Below, in pieces: positions 62,521 through 64,000 of a DNA stretch of 64,000 nucleotides (positions are counted from its first letter, which is position 1; every line of letters starts with the position of its first letter). This DNA comes from Enoplolaimus lenunculus (lineage: Eukaryota). The notes beneath the pieces are model-generated. The model worked only from the letters and a program-made list of their open reading frames with translations, ran no database searches and had not been told where the DNA came from. The DNA lies in the NCBI GenBank assembly GCA_030248215.1, contig JASANG010002125.1:1-64000 (forward strand), written 5' to 3'. The position numbers and the translations under genes were made by a program.

Positions 62521-62910
62521 CAGGGTGTAAACGGGTAGTAAAAATAACGGAAACGGATATTGATCAGCATACCGCAGCAGAAAACACGGATATCCACGTA
62601 TTAAAGTTTCAAAGTTGTCTTATTTTTCTGCAAATACAATTGCGCCATGCAATCTATTCAACGGTTTGTCTAAAATTTTAATGAACAAATTGCGAATGCA
62701 CCAAAATTTATAAGATTTCCCATGAATTTCAGAAATTTTTACTTCATATCGAACAATAATTGCAGCATATCTGTAGCGAAAAACTGCGAGATATATACGT
62801 GATTTATAACTCATTTTGAGCATAAAAATAACGAAGTTTCCAGTTTTTCCAAAACGAAAACGGACACTGATTTTTGCCGGTAACGTAAACGGATATCCGG
62901 TAACACCATG
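62521..62910. mobile_element. hAT-type non-autonomous element
   Basis: Ends cagggtgt / acaccatg with perfect 8-bp TSD atgtgaac and repeated aacgga(t)a subterminal motifs. Confidence 0.82.
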
Positions 62911-64000
62911 ATGTGAACTGCATTTGAAGTGCAGATAAAATTTCATAGTATTTATTCGACTCAGAACCTGGAGTGTGAGTCTGTCGAAACGTACATTGAG
63001 TTGTTGAGTTTTGGGGCGAATCCTGTTTGCTCCGAAAGAAACATGATATTAAGAGATTATTTTTAAAAATTCGAATTGGATTATTGGATCCACAAGCTCA
63101 GAGCCTCAATCGTTTCCAAAACCGGACCCTTTTCAAGTATGAAGCGCTTGAGAAAGGCACTGATATAACGAAATCACGGTACTTTGTCGCCTGGACAACT
63201 TGTAGACCGACATTTCGCAACCCTTTGTTGATCACCGTTAGGCTTAGTCTTGTGCTTTGCGTTCGGATTATGTACAGGTTTAGGTTAAGGTTTTACCAGC
63301 TGTCGTTCGACACGTTGTAGGACAATGAGTTGTTGACGGTCGAAATAAAACCTGTGTTGTTTACTCGATTTCATCAATCATGCATGATCCGATATCACAA
63401 CAACGATAAACCTGATATTATGGTTAATGTAACTTTACAGGACAATAAGCATATTCATAAGCGTAAGGCTCAACGTAAAGTTAAGCCTAAACCTTAATAG
63501 TCTAGGCGTAAGAGTATTAAGGCTAAACGTAATGCAAAAAATTAAGCTGAAGCTTAAGCTTATTCTAGTGTAGGTAGTCCCGCGGAAAAAATACCGTCCA
63601 TCAATGTATTAACATTGGGTTTTTATTATAATTCGGGCCATAATTCGTATCTTGCAGCGCCCGTTACTCACCTTATTTAGGTTTACACCAGACGAAACTA
63701 CAATGCATATAACATATTATATGTAGCAAATCACACCACCTGTTCTGTCAACCACCTCACTGTGTATAACGGTTTAAATGAAAAAAATTAAAGTCGAGAG
63801 CAAAACTTTTTGTTTTGCGCTATAATTCTTCCAATGCGCTTATTATTTTGCCAGCCACAGAAACAAGCTTCCGTGAGTAAATTTTTACCTCGAAACAAAT
63901 AAAATTCTATGGCAGGAGACCCGTGTTAACTTTTAAGGCATTGCCCTACAGTGTTAATAGATAAAAGCCGTGTGTACCCGTAGTTGTGAGATGTTGTAAA

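Overview
AT-rich, intron-rich animal genomic DNA, most likely a nematode: repeats carry the nematode telomere hexamer TTAGGC and acceptors are TTTCAG/TTTAG. Four spliced genes can be rebuilt by hand with consistent GT-AG phases: TRIM9/madd-2 (+, 28148-38103, 11 exons), GNPNAT1/gna-1 (-, 48573-45992, 6 exons), prolidase PEPD (+, 49947-57445, 15 exons) and VHL (-, 60206-58134, 3 exons). The first ~28 kb has no recognisable coding exon and opens with a >=4.4-kb near-perfect palindrome, which may be real or a fold-back artefact. Non-coding DNA is dense with short non-autonomous DNA transposons (MITEs) from several superfamilies, and no transposase ORF was found. The most notable signal is a ~200-bp GG-ended MITE family with 8-bp TSDs that carries an oriented degenerate (TTAGGC)n array. 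About 18 copies are present, and two appear inserted into the GGCTTAGG repeat of older family members. Other oddities are a 136-bp duplication that creates a second, frame-breaking splice acceptor in VHL, a near human-like exon structure in PEPD, and a shortened PEPD active-site loop. All calls were made by eye; no database searches were run.
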